From: Aplysia californica
Taxonomy: Eukaryota
Assembly (NCBI RefSeq): GCF_000002075.1
Contig: NW_004797282.1
Coordinates: forward strand, 168,590-232,589
Length of the DNA: 64,000 nt
Direction: 5' to 3'
This document shows, one piece after another, positions 23,519 to 38,500 of the stretch. The notes beneath the pieces were generated by a model, which did no database searches, had not been told where the DNA came from, and worked only from the letters and a program-made list of their open reading frames with translations. Each line of letters starts with the position of its first letter. The stretch's first letter is position 1. The position numbers were made by a program, and so were the translations under genes.

Positions 23519-26500
23519 CTTAAAAAAAAAAAAAGAAAGAAAAGAAGAAAAAATGATAATTAACTGTTAACTAAACATTCTGCCTGTTTGTAATAACAAT
23601 CAAAAGATAGGGGAGGGAAGGAGTGAATGAGGTCCAACTTAGCTAAGTTTCTAAGATAAATCATATACGCAAAAATTTCAGCAGGATTCCTAAGTTTGTA
23701 AGACAAATCATATGCAAAACTTTCAGTAGGATTCCTTGTACATATAAATACTTTCACAAAGTAGTCACTTCACATTCATAAAATTATTTTTATTACCTCG
23801 ACATTTTGATATACTCATAATATGTAACAAACGTAACCATAAAGGCACTGAATCCCCACGATCACAGGAACAGGGGTAGACCACGAATAACATGGCAGGA
23901 AAAGGTGGTAGCAGATGTCCAGAAACTGGACAAAACTTGGACACAATTGAAGAAAGATGAACAGGACAGATATCTTTACAGAGTAAATGTTGATGGAATA
24001 TTTGCCCGAGGGAACTAAAATACCAGTGACGGAAGTAACAAGTAAATATTAAAAATACAAAACAGACTTTATAATGGAGATGGAACTTGGCCCCTTTCTT
24101 TTCGGTTTAAAATTCTTTGAAATACACAACTTTGCTTTGTCTCCCCATAATACTAGTTTTGCTCAGCTTGGAAAAAGAAAAAAATATACGATGCAATTTT
24201 TTTTTTTCCGGTTCTGATTTTCAAAAATCTCATCATGTTTCCCATCAAATAGTCTAGCATGAGTACTTCGCATCTTGAGGTTATGGTCAAAGATTTGAAG
24301 AAGGTGACGGACAGATCTGTCAAAGTGTACTCACGTTTTGGGGGTTCAGTTTTCCAGTCATCAGTTGCACAAGGTCATCATCTTTCATGATGATAGTGGT
24401 GTCAGCTTTATCTGAAGAATAAGATTGACATTTTCATCACCCAGTAGTCAAAGGGGACTACAGGCCTTGACTGTCCAGACCCATACCATGTTAATCAAAA
24501 ATATTATCATCATAATATCATCACCACCCTGAGCCTGAGTACAGACCACCAACAAGAGTTCAATCAAAAAGACGATTCAGTAAAAAATATACAGTCCGTG
24601 CCGGCTTTAAGCATGCCGGCCTTAAGCACGTTTCGGACTTTGGCACGCTAAACGGCTCTTACAGAATTTTTGCTATATAAATTACATGCCTTTAAGCACG
24701 GCAACTTCGGCTTCAAGCACGCTTCATTTACAAGACAGTCAATATTTTCATGATGACCCATCGAAGTTCGAACACAGTCTACACCGCAGCAGTGGAGTGT
24801 GTCAAAAGAAACACAAAGAACGCAAGTGATGGACACACACACACTCACATGGGCGGGGAGGAAGGCAGATGCACACAGCCGCGCGCGCGGACGTAAGATC
24901 TAGCCTAGGCCAAGGGCAAAGCTACACACAACCAAAAAAAAAAAATACAAAGAGAGTCGGGGAGACGAGAAAGGGAGGCTGGCTGCGATTTCACCTTTGA
25001 CCCTCGCTATCCATTAATCCTGATTGTGTATCACGCGCGAGGTGGGATGAAGGCGGTGGTATGAGTGGCACAGCGGGCAGTGGTACGCACAGGCAGTGTG
25101 TAGGCCTAGTGTGCTGTATCGTGACTGGCTGTCTAAATTAAGTTTTCATTTCCCATTCGACCACAAAACAAAAACAAACAAGCGAACAAAAACTACCATT
25201 GTGGGTGTCTAAATAACAGTGCACACTTTTGCGGGACCACTATAGGCCTACTTACAGACAAAGGGAAATAACACAGGAAATTTTCAACAAGAAAATCTCT
25301 GGATTATGTCTACTTCGCACTCAAGCACGCTTCGGCTTTAAGCATGCTTAAGCTTTCTCCCGACTACCGTGCTTAAAGCCGGCATGGACTGTACATCAAT
25401 GTCACTAGAGCAACTGGTATGTTATGCTGCTGTGAAAAGCACCACCTACTCAAAACAACCCTCAGCTCCTCCATTAATCCTGTTACTGTCTTCAGCGCAA
25501 GTAAAATAAAAAATCGTAAAGACCTCTCTTGCAAGAGTATCAAAATTACATATGTAAGGAAGTTTTTGGCTTGATACAGCCCAAGTTCTGGCAAGTGAAA
25601 ATGCTTCTAATGTAAAGATAATGTTATCTGCCAAATATTTATCATATCAAACTGCGCCACACAAAATTGTAAAAAAATCGTTGGTGGCTAGACATTACTT
25701 TTCAGTAGTGTTGTCTGTGAAACAAAATAAGGCATAGACACATATAGAAGAAAAAGCATTCAAATTTTCAGCCAGTTCATTGAAGGCTTTGACACAAAAA
25801 TCAGGAGGAATAGTGTATCACAAACTGATTTCACATTACACCAAGCCATGAATGCTAAACAAAAGGAAAAACAATGAATTAGAATAGCATGTTTCACTTT
25901 TAAAAAATGAGACAGCCATACATAATATCACAAGCTTAAAACATATTTAAAGCAGTGACAAAAGAATAGAGGGAATAATGCTAGCTTTAAGAAATTATTT
26001 TTCAAAACAGTGATTGTTGTTTATGTTCTTACGAGTCATAAAATGAAATCCAGTTTTTTAACTCTTTCTGGACGTACTTGATTTGGGGTCTAGATGTAAT
26101 TAACTTGCGGCTCGATTTCGCTACTCGGGTGATGTACAAAATAACTTTATATAAGCATAACCATCATCCAAAACGTAACATATTATGATATATCAAATAG
26201 AAGGTAATTGAATAAAGAATACATTCCAACATGAAACAAGGATTATTTTGAACATAAGTATGTATTACAGGGTTAGAAATGGCGATGAGAAAAATAAATT
26301 TTGATGGACAAAATTCCCCACACTAAACATGTGAAAGCAAATCAGCATTGCTATCTTGTTATATTATATACAGGCCAAGAGCAGATTCCATAAATTTCTG
26401 AACATGCAGCTTTTTATTTGAATGCAGTATTCCAATTTTTGTTTGATGATATTTATACTGAGTCCGGTTACATTGTTTTGTTGACGCAAGACCGCAAGAA

Positions 26501-29500
26501 CTAATTCACCCGTTTCAGATTGACGCTTTGACAAAGTGAAAATTCATGTTTTCATTTCCTAAATCCTTTCCAAGTTTTCAATAATAATAGTAAAAGGGAG
26601 TACTTATAAATAATGGATCATGTTAAAATGAAACAAAACTGAGGCACCCCATCACAGCCGATATATCGGCGATATGTCCGCAAGGGATGTGGACTCGTGC
26701 CAATATATCGGCGATACGTCCGGAAAGAGTCAAATGACCAAAAAAACAGTCTCTTCTGTTTCTTTCTTTCTCTCTAAACAAGAAACAAACAAAAGACAAA
26801 CCTAAGCAAAAGTGAGCTCGCTTAAAAGTGAAAAAACAACAACCCCCCAACAAAGCACAAACCTGTAGCATCAAATTTGACAGCACCGTTGCCATTCTTG
26901 ACGTCAACAACCCAAACACCCTCTTTTCCATCAGCTCCCTTGACCTTGAAACAATAGACACCTTTGATCTTTTTCACAAGGTTTGCACCATCCTGAAATG
27001 AAGAATGAAAAACAGTAAGATCTTGCAAGGGTGCTCCTTAAAGTTACAGGAAAGGTGCTTGCCTCATATGCTCAATTACTAGATGTAACTACAAGGCTTT
27101 TTAAGTTCCCTGGGCAAGCAGGAAGCAACTTGTCTTTTCAAATAAAAGACACCCCTTCCCCAGAAGTCAAGCCTATGTTGCACATTAAAGACACCTTAAC
27201 AGCTGAAAGACAAGAGAAAAAACCCCCAAAGGAACAAAAAACAAAACCCACACAACATACACACAAAAACACCTGAGAGTGAATCCTAAATTAATCCCAA
27301 TTTATATAAAAGAAAATCTGTCGGTATAAATAAATAGAATACATTCAAAAGCAGAAAAAACATGCTAAAAAAAATAATTTTAATCCACTAAATTCGGGGA
27401 AAACAGTCACATGTATGCAAAAATTGGAATGGGAGGTTAAGGAACCTGGTAACTACTCATGAGATCAAACTGGGCCACCAAGAAGAGAAAGTGTGATGTA
27501 GAATAATTATAACTTTTACAAATCATGCAATGTTTATGCAGAGACAGTCAGTTGGACAGCTGTATGTTCTGTAGTCTCAATTCCGGGACGAAACTAAATT
27601 GCAGTTCACAAAATTTAAACACGAGATTATAATCTCAACTCATCAAAAACAGATTTTGGCTAGTATTAGTAACACAGCACCAACCAACTCTCTGATGTTG
27701 AAAGTAAAAAAACATTAAAACAAGAGCATTTGACTCCAAAGTACTTTTCAAAGCTTCATGAAAGATAATATGGCAATTTTAAACTTGTGCTACCTGGTCA
27801 AGCGCCTTCTTGACTTCTGTAAAAACTGCTGATGACTTGAAGTCTTTCTCCGTAGAAGAACTTGCAGCAGCGGCTTGGATCTGCTGACTACAAAAAGAAA
27901 AAAGCAGTTAATTTTCACCCAACAGCCTGTGTGCTAAACCCTTTGAACCACAAGGGCCAGAGTAAACGAGCCTGGGGCATATTTTTCTCAGCATCCTGTT
28001 AGGTTGGTGCACATGGGGTAAACAACCATCAACCTTCCAGCTGTGCAGGGATTGGGAACCATCAAAGCCCAGGAGCCTCGCATTAACTTGAAATATCCCC
28101 CCCCCCCCAAAAAATGTTTCTTTATTAAAGAGCGATGAAAATGAACCACATTTTTAAACACAGAGATGACAAATAATTTATTACATGAGTTATAGTGTTA
28201 TATCATAATTTATCCTACGAGTGAAACTCGTGATTACAACTGGCAATTTCACAAGTACAATAAATCATGGTCAACCACTATTGTTTGTTTTAGTAGAGGT
28301 TTTGTGGCGCTCCCAACTACATAAGGTCATATGAGCGCCAAGGTGTGAATGTCAACAGAGAAGCCCTTACAGGGAATCAGACTTACTCTGCTCACCTCTC
28401 TAGCTTCAACAGCACAAAGTCTGCTTCGGCTACCAAGGCACCCCAGAAATAGCGGGCCATAAGACTGTGACGAACATACAAAAGAAGCAGAGGAAAATGA
28501 CGATAGTAAGGATTAGAAACGAAAAAGCAGCAGTTCCCTGTTGTAGTTCAGGCACAGTTATGAGCAAGACATTGTTGGATCAGCCCACTTATTCTACTGT
28601 GCATTAGAACAAGAAATGTCCCCCCTTTCGGAAAGGCCTAAAGACACTTCAGTCAGAGGCACCGCCCCGGGGGTAGGTCTACCACTATGACGAGAGTAAT
28701 AAATTTTTTATACCATACTGATAGTAGCTAGCGAAATAGATTTCCAACGACACATATCCTTACCCTGCCTCCTCTGGGAAGCCATGTCTGTACAGAGAAA
28801 TGACACAAGCTCCACCCAAGCCCAGGTTGTGCTGCAGGGCTACCTTAGCCTTTGGTACCTGTCTTTTACCAGCCATTCCTCTCAACTGCCAACAAAGCTC
28901 TGCACACTGGGCCAAACCTAAAGTAAGGAAAAAAAACAAGGAATTGCAAAATAAAAAAAATAAAGACAAATATTATTTTGCTGCCTCTCAGTTTATGAAA
29001 CATTTCACAGCTTTTGACCTTCCATCAGTGCCACAACATAGCTGAAAAGTTTGTATCAGAACATGAATTCACATTTCTCCATTCCTTTTCTACTGTGTGA
29101 TCTCAGCAAGTTTTGGGTATTCCAGATAGCATCCAATCCCACAGGTCTAATGTCCACAGAACTCTTTCTCAAGGTGGGGTCATTCCACTTATAATATCTT
29201 TTTCCAAAGAGATTCGTGAAGACTTTACTCCATTCTAAATACTTCAGAGGGCTGCAAATTTACTTTCAAACTAATCTCTATTTTCAATAATGGCCAGCAA
29301 GTGACCTACAATTAACTTACAGCTGCTCATATTCATGTCTCATTGTTACTGCTGTTTGTTCTCAATTAACTCTTGACTTTTCTCTTCAGTCATAAGTCAA
29401 AGTTCCTTTTTGATTATGGAACTCGTTCTCCGTCTAGATTTTATTGTCGTGTGTGTGTGTAGAGAAAAGCACACATCTACAAAACATCGGCCATATAGTG

Positions 29501-32500
29501 CAAGGGAAAATCAAAACAGAAACAGAGGAAAGAACAGAAGTAAAGCTATGATTTTTAAAGACTTGCAATGCTTCCTTATCCCCCACCTCCAACAAATATG
29601 GGCAATTCTATTTCTAACGTTAGTTTATTTCATTTTTTAAAAAGAGAAAAAAAATATATTCACAGCATCTTAACCAAGCTAAAATACAAGTAGACATTGA
29701 AGCTTCATGGTTTTCTTTTTCCAAGACAGATTTATTCTATTTTTACCCCATTTTTTTGAAAACACAACAGGAGCATTATTAATAAAGCATATACTCCAAA
29801 GTTAACAATCCGGGATCAAAAAACTTCAGCACGCTGAGCTATACAACATTGCTCTCAAACAGAGAAAAAAAGGTCATTTTTTTTACTCTTCGACCCGTCT
29901 CAGGGTTAACATTCTATTTTAAAAACATCTCTTGTTCATTTTTATCTGCTTTACACAAATTTTGACTTTATATCCATCGCAAATTATTAGCATGAGACAT
30001 ATTTTATATGAACTATATCACAACAGGATCAATGGTGTAGTAATATTTGACTTGTTTTTAACAACATCAGGGTTTTCAGCTCTGACTTAAAAAAGAATGT
30101 CAGGGGCTCCAGGGGGCATGTCCCCTGTACTCTATTTCACTATAATTTTATGTTTTGGTAATGGTATTTTCTTGAAAAGTCGATTTGCAAAGGTTTTAGT
30201 CGTGCGTTTTGCAGCAAAAATATGGCAGTTAAGCCCCAAAAACAGTGCATCTGTGGGCGTGTCTAAAAGTAAAAACTTACAGAAAAAAAGTCAGTCGACT
30301 CTAAGTCAAAGTCAAGCCTAACAAAACTTCTCATCATACATGATGATAATTGCCATTTATAATGTTATCCATCATTTTCACATTCTCGTTACACGTGTAA
30401 TTAGATCTAGATCTATAACGTTTCAAGTTATAATATAGATCTAGATCTAGATCTAATCTAGATCTAGCCTACTTAGATCTAATAAATCACAGTAACCTAT
30501 ACTTTTAAATAATAGCTTAAGTTCACTGTCCAAGTCCAAGATTCCACTTAGAACGCACAACACAATATCTTATTATTCTTATACAATATACAGAAACTGA
30601 CTTGTTTGGAATGTAAGGCCTGTTTAGTAGTCTAGTTAATGTCCTACACTAGGGCTTAGCATTTGCAGCACTGAAACTGAAATTGGCTTCTCACTCTCAA
30701 TGTCAATGTAATGTAAGGCAAGGCGCAGAAATGAAAGCGCTAAAAAGTAAAATAAAAATTCTATTGAATATCCACCTCTGGTATAAAACAAAGCAGAACA
30801 GTCCAAAGGTCAAGAAAGAAAACTGACTGATAGTATCAGTGTCCGCCGGTGGTCAAAGTCTTCCGATTTGTCCAACCATGTCAACTTCAATCATGCGACC
30901 CTTCATTCAACGTTATGTACTATCATTGATTCAACTTCCTCTGCTAGGGCCTGGGCCCAGATCGATCGAGTAATGAGCTGGAACTGGAAAAGCTAAGCCT
31001 AATACTGTATAGGCAGGAAAAGTCAAAAGGCTATCCTCGATGCTACAATCTAGCTGCCACAGAACAAGAAATTTAAAATAAAATAAAACCAATGATAACG
31101 TTATGCAAACCTGAAGTTGTCTTCCAGTCTTCCACCACACACGATACTAACAGTAGCAACGATTAGTATTATTCCTCTAACTGGCCGACCGACAGTAAAC
31201 AGCTCAGTATAGTTAGGGAAGGGACACTACTCTATTCGAAAGAACTGGTGACGCCCAACATGCTATCGCCTATTTACCGAAACTTGGCGAATAAGACATG
31301 GCGAAAAAAATAACTGCGCAGCGCACACACTACGTCACTACGAGCTCGTCCAGTTTCAGTGAGAGTTTTTCGGCACTTGCAACACAACAAGGTCATACAA
31401 ATGCCAAACACAAAAAACAAGGAGAGATAAGGACGATAATATGTTTGATGGGAAGGAAGGAGCAATTACCACTACCACAACAGAGTCAGAGCTACGACCC
31501 TCACTGCGTGCTCAGAAGGAGAATAAAATAACTGGACTACACAAATCTCAGGGTACAAAAAAAAATCACTTAACAGTTCCCAATAAAAATTATAATAATT
31601 TCAAGAGGAGATAGCTTAAATACGAAAAAGATGAGTTGATGATAGATATCAGAAGTTGATAAAAAAGAGACTAACCAAATACAGGCGAACCTGTCTAAGA
31701 CGGCCACGCATTGTAGAGGGGAAAAGTGGCTATATAAGACAGGTGGCCGTCTTAGGCAGGACTGATAAAAAAAACCAATTTATTTCTGAGGCCCCAACTG
31801 GAGGTGGTTGCATGCCTAGGACTGCCCTAGGGCTGATTAAAATGTGTTGTTGTTGTTTTATTTCTTTTGAAAGGGGGGAGAGGATGGGACGGTTTTTGTG
31901 GGATTTTCTGCTGTTAGTTTTAATTTTCTTTTATAATAAAATTACAGGGAAAGGTCAAAACAAAACAAAATGTTTCAGACGAGGATAAAGCCAAGTGTCA
32001 TAGTAAAATAAATAAATGGGTCGCCACCACTCGGCGAACGAACAACACTTCTGTTGCGGGTTTGTGTTGACTTCCATTGTTATGGACTTGGTTTACAGAC
32101 TGAGTTGGGGTGGGCCTTATAGGTTATGACGGATCACACGCTTTCCTTACCAGCAGCTGAAATTTTATTGTTACCCATTGGTCAACTTGGGCAAACATTG
32201 GGAGTGACCTAAGCAACATACATGACTGTTTCATCTATTGGAGGGACTGACAACAACAACAGGTGAATGAATTATGACGGAGAAAATGCATAATTTTTTA
32301 CACAGCCTGGCCGCCTTTATAGGCAGGTAGATTTGGCTGAGGGTTAATAAAATATGGTGGCTGTGGCCGCGTTGGACAGGTGCCCGTTTTACAGTTAAAT
32401 TATAGAAAAAACGCAAGGGGGGATATGGAAATAAGTGGCCATTTATACAGGTGGCTGTCATGGCAGGTTCGACTGTACATGCAATAGCAAGAGGGGTTAA

Positions 32501-35500
32501 CCCTATCCGGTCATTTTGTACCCCAGGGATAGTATCCTTCACAGTTAAGAATACTTCTAGTATGAAGATCTCTTTGAAACTTTCAGTATTTCTCAAAAAA
32601 TCATTTTGACAGACTGCTATGCAAAGCGTACGGATCGGATTTACGAGTAAATATTTCCTCTTCGAAAGTGGTGGCACAGTCGAGTTCCCCAGGTCGTACG
32701 GATACGATAATAAAACATGACATACAGATAGGGTTAACAAAATGGATTATTAGAATATGATATTTCACTTTATCAATAATATGTACATGTTAGTTGGCCA
32801 TCGGCACAAATTTGACATTAACATAGTACTTTTCATAGCCTGAGTTCACTCACAATCAGTGACAAACGTAACAATAAGGATCACAGGAACATATAGAGGA
32901 AGACCTAGAATAACATGGTAGGAAAAAGGCTGTGACCGATCTCTAGAAACTGGACAAAACTTAAAATTAGACACAATTGAAGAAAGATAAACAGGACAGA
33001 CATCTCTACAGCAAAGGCCCTTAAATGTTGGGGGAATATTTGCCCCACACAGCTAAAAGACCAGTGACAAAAGTAAAAAGGATACAATGATGTGCTCCTT
33101 TTTTCCTGTTAAATAAGTGGTGACAAGTATTGGAAAACTCCAATAAAATCAAGCCATTTCATCAAAGAGCTCATGAATTCTGAAAAAAAATCTACATAGG
33201 CAGTCAGTGCCAATTGTAAACATTGTTCTTTTTTCTCTCCATTCTCAAGACAGAAAACATTTCTCAGTGCTCTACTATATAACTTCAGTACAAAAAAGAT
33301 TATCCTCTAATTCTTTTCCTGCCATTCCCCCATATGGGATCACAAGGGCAGCCAACTGTATATATATATTTTTTAAAATAAAAAAATAAATTCAACCTGC
33401 AGAAATTGTTTGCTCCATAGTATGATGCCTTTCATTTTCCAAGCAGCAATAAACTCATGTCAAAAGTTAACAAAAAGTTGCTTCAGTTTTGTGAAGATAC
33501 TGATAATGGAATTTTACTACTGTGGTTTGCCCTGTAGGATTGTTCTTCTTTATCTTTTGACAGCTAGGATGTCTTTAACGTGAGCAATGTAACCATAGAC
33601 CTGTGAATTTTCTATCTTTAAGGAGATGAATGGTGCTTGATTCCCTCAACCCTGGGATAACCGGAGTGGGAACATGACAAATAAACTCAAATTATCTGCA
33701 AACAATGCCAGCATCAACTGGGACAGGAACCAGACACTTTGACAAGAGAAAGCTCCTTACCTTCCCCTGAAGAGCCCCACATGTCGTTTAGACGCATTAC
33801 TTAGTTCTCATTTTATAAGGAAACTGGAGAACATGGTCAGGGTGAGAATGTAAACTTCACACTTTCCCTGTTACAAACTATATTGAATTCTTTAAATTTC
33901 GGTACATAGGCCAACTATTACTGAAGCAGATTTGCCACATGTCCTCCAAGTTAAATAAACAAGAAATAGAAGAAAAGACCAGTCTTTGGTCAGCAATAGC
34001 TTGGCAGAAGTTCTTTGATTTATTGTGCGTGGCTCAAACTCTACCAGTTCTTTTATTCTTAGAAAACCTATAAATATGACAGCATGCAACTCCACTGCCA
34101 TCTCACAATGTACAGTCTACAAAAGCCTTTGCCAAGGTCAAAATTGGAATAATCTTCTTAAAAGCATCAATCAAGAGATAGAAAAATAGTGACACAAGGA
34201 CATATAAAGCCTCCACCATCCTTAAATCACCATTTACATACACAACAACATCTGAACTCTTTAAGGATGTAATTTTTATGTGGGGTTTTGACTGAATAAA
34301 TTTTTACCCCATTTTTCGGACGACCATGTTCAGGAAAAAGGCCCTAGAAAAGTAATATCAACAGTTAAACGAAAAGTTGTACACCAAATAGGAATGTAAA
34401 ATTTAAAAATATGGGTTAAAAAAAACATTGTAAAATTCAAAAGCCACACTTTTTCAGTTTAAACAGTGGTAAGTAAAGTTTGTTATTAAAAACAAAAAGT
34501 AATTACACAGACCTAGTTTCCTCAGCTTTGCCTCCTGTCAGCAATGTTATAATTCATTAATTTGAAAAGGTATTCCTATTGCAAGCCGGCTGCACCTCTT
34601 TATTTGAAGGAAATACACACAAACAGGTTTTTAAGAATATTTTTACAACATCCACAGTATCCAATGTGTTAATGTATTTGTACTATTTACAGTTGGTGTA
34701 GCTGTTGGTCTAGTAGTAGTGGCAGTACTTGTCTGAGTGGTAGACCTGCTGGATGGTGTGTCTGAAATACTGCTACAGCTAGTCCATTCTGTTCTAAAAA
34801 CCACCTGTTCAAGACAATCAGCTGTACAAATGCCCCCCCTCCCCCCCGCATTATTTCTATATCATGATGACACTGTCAAGATGCTACTAAGAGAACTAAT
34901 TTTTCAGGTATACATTCGATATATGGGGCAGCCCTCTGACCGGAAATATCCGAAACATGCTAGTAAGGAACTCAGTCATTGCAACTGAAACAATGGCAGT
35001 CCAGCACGCGCATTGAAAATGTTTTCCTTAAAGGTACAGCACAGCTTACTGAAGCATTCCAGTAGCCTGACAGAAAAGCAAAGAGCAAAAAAAAAAAAAA
35101 ATCACCCCAAAAACAAACAACCCCCCCCCCACAAAAACAACAACAACAAAAAACCAACCTACAAAGAAGGATTCATGTCTTACCTGTGGCTCCCAGTGGG
35201 TGTCCCTTAGAGATGAGGCCACCGCTTGGGTTGACAACATATTTCCCTCCATATGTATTGTCTCCCTTGTTGACGAACGTCTCTGCCTCACCTGAGAAAA
35301 GGATTTTGAAAAACAAAATTACTTTAAACCTATACATAACAGTCTGATAGACCCATTGCATTACTTCCATTTACTTCTTTTACAAAATGGATCAATTCTA
35401 ATACACAACGATACAAATTGTGCATCTGTGAGTTTTTATGTGAGTGTGTGTTTAACTAGAGGGAGAATGCGTGCATGTGAATTTTAAAGGCTAACTAGTC

Positions 35501-38500
35501 TATATACATATATAAAAGTAGACAAGTGTATATATCCATAAAACCAGTACAAAAAGCTTCTTCCTGACCTATAGATGCAAATACTAATCCAAAATAGAAG
35601 ATTATTATAAGTTATACAAGGTCTGTTTCAGAAGTATGTTCCCTTGTTATGTAAAACGAAGAACTTTGTTCATATCTACAGAAACATGTTTCTTTCCAAC
35701 ATTACAACTGTAGATCTCAATACACTTTTTCATGTGATGTAGCCAGTGGTCAAACGTAGGGACCATGTCCGCTCCAGCCAGAGTCCTAAGTTTAACCACT
35801 GGCTTCATCAGATGAAAGATTTTTTAACAAAGTGCATTCAGATCAACATTCGCTATGTTGAAAAAAAACCCCCATGTTTCTGTGGGTATGTATAAAATTT
35901 CATGTCTGTTTAATAAAAATTTTTGATTTAACAGAGCAGGGAAACTTACTTCGGAGACAGACCTCGTAACGTATCAAAATGAGGCTCCGAATCCTGGTAA
36001 CGATACTCATATCAGCTTAGAAAGTCAAATTTGATTTGTTCTTACGACACATTGTCTTGCATCAACTGTTCCAAAAAAAATAAATCCAGGTTTTTTCAAC
36101 GGACAATTTCTCACCCACTTCTTTTTCAAAGTTTGACTGCCCAGAACCACCTTCGACCATTTAGTTGGGATTTAACAAAGTGTGATGAATGCTTACCTGG
36201 TCCACACAGTCCCAGGGCTTCATAAGTGAGAAGCTCATTGGCAGAGAAACAGTCATGCAGTTCCACAACTTGGACATCATCTGGAGTAAGACCTGCAACA
36301 GAAAAAAAAGTTAAACATCATCTACAGTAAAGACTTAAGAACAGGAACTAAAAAGTTAAACATCATCTGGAGTAAGACCTAGCAACAACAAAAAAAAAAG
36401 ATAATCTCATGCAAGATTTAGGAAAAGGAAAAAAGTTGAGAATCATTTGGTAAGAGACATAGCAACAGAACAAAAGAGTGGAACATCATCTGGTGTAAGG
36501 CCTAGCAACAGAAAAAAAAGTTGAATATCAACCTCATAACTCTTCTCAACCTTATAAATGTGTCCCTGGAGGTCAATATCAGTCATATGAAGGAAATTTC
36601 AAAACTGAGTTTGCCTTTCGAGCCTCGTAGCTGATAATAGTACAGTGCATCTTACGACTGATATAGAGCTGGGAAGACAGAAATATAACACAGAGCAGTT
36701 ACAACTGTGATTTTCATAATTTTCAACAAAACATTTAAAAAAAAAAAAAATTTCAATGAGTCACAAGAACTAAGAAACAAGAAACCACTATGAATGCTGT
36801 AGAAAAAGCTTCACAATACTTCCGACTCAAAATCAAAATTGTGATTGCAGAAGTTTTTGGCCCTCATAGACACAATTTAAATCACTTAGAAGAATGGCTT
36901 CAACATTGCCTTTCAACTTACATTGACCTCTGCTGAAGTGCATCAGTCATTAAGTAGTTTTCCATTGACTCAGGTATCTGTTCTTCTCATATGGTCTCAT
37001 GGTCACACCCCACCCCACCACCGGCTTCTATTTTCATTTCAGTATCAGGATCCCGCACAGCTCATACAAAATATTTCAACTTAAAACAAAAATAGGTGGG
37101 AACCAGGCAGATAACAACTGGGAGCCGAGTGGTATCCCTTGAAATCTGCCTTAGATAAACCTGCTCTATGTAAGAACTGGCTTTTTCTGTCACCTGGTGA
37201 CTGGGTTCTTAGGTGGAGACCACAGTAGGCCTACCCGCTTATCCTTTTGGTGACAGCGAAACACAGCACAGCATCTAGAGATTAAGGCTAAAACCATTTA
37301 AACCAGTTTATCAAATGAAAAACAGCCCAAAATGGATCAGAGCAGAGTAACTGAACCATACCTGCATCCTTGAAAACTCTTTGTGCAGTATTTTTTGCCA
37401 TGTCGAAGCCGATCTGAAATGTAATTCAAGAAAAGGAAAATCGGTACGAGATCAACAGAACAGAAAAACAGATGTTGGCTCCCTATTCCCATAAAGATAG
37501 ATGGTGGAAAAATCAAATAATCAATCAATACAAACAATAAAGGTAGAGGACAACCACTGACTAATCCATTAACTTTTTGTTTTAGTGAGCATTTTATGGC
37601 ACTTGCAACACAATGAGGTCATATAAGTGCCAAAGATTATATGTGTTACAAAAGAGTAACCAAAAAAAAACAAAAAAAAGAAGGAAGAGAGATAAGGAAA
37701 ACACATCATATCGGATAGGAAAGAAGGAGTCAACCATACCAGAGCACCCGCCAACCACCCATACCCATTAACTGAATCAGCAATTTTAAACAGAGGAAAT
37801 CTATCTTGAGCTCTTAGCCTTGTATAGAAATAATTCACTTATTTTTTGTTTCATGCTTTTAGATTTTAGGCAACTTGCAAAAGGACCTAAATATAGCTTG
37901 AGCATGAGTTGATATAAGCGTGATGATAACACTATGATAACAGTTTGATATTATGAAGCTGGTTATCACCTCACAAGAAGTATCGATAGAAATCATTCTA
38001 TACATATACATATCAGTTTGACCTCATTTCACAGGTCAACAAGGGGGACCTTTATCATAAATTACTATCTTCATTGGAAATGAACCAACACAGCGAAAGT
38101 GTAACACTACTCGACCTATCAATCCACACGGACAGCAACCAATTCATTGCTGTGCATAATGTGAAGAGGCTTTAATAATAATACAAATATCCCTTTCAAA
38201 AATTAACATCTTGAGAAATGCTAAACAATACTGCAATCAACCCCAGGTTTTAACTTTTAGCTTTCAAGTTGCTGAAAAATTCTAAAACATCAATTAACCC
38301 CCCCCCCCATCACAAAAGAACAAAGATTGAAAACAGAAACATAACACATGTAAGCAAATACGGGAGGAAAGTTTCGTTTCATCTCCTTGAAGATTACTGC
38401 CTCTCTCTGAAATATAATTTGTTTTAAAAAGTAGCCTACTAGCTGGGCACCCTTTCAATGAAAGGAATGATCGATGCATCTAGCACCAAGTAAAAAAAAC

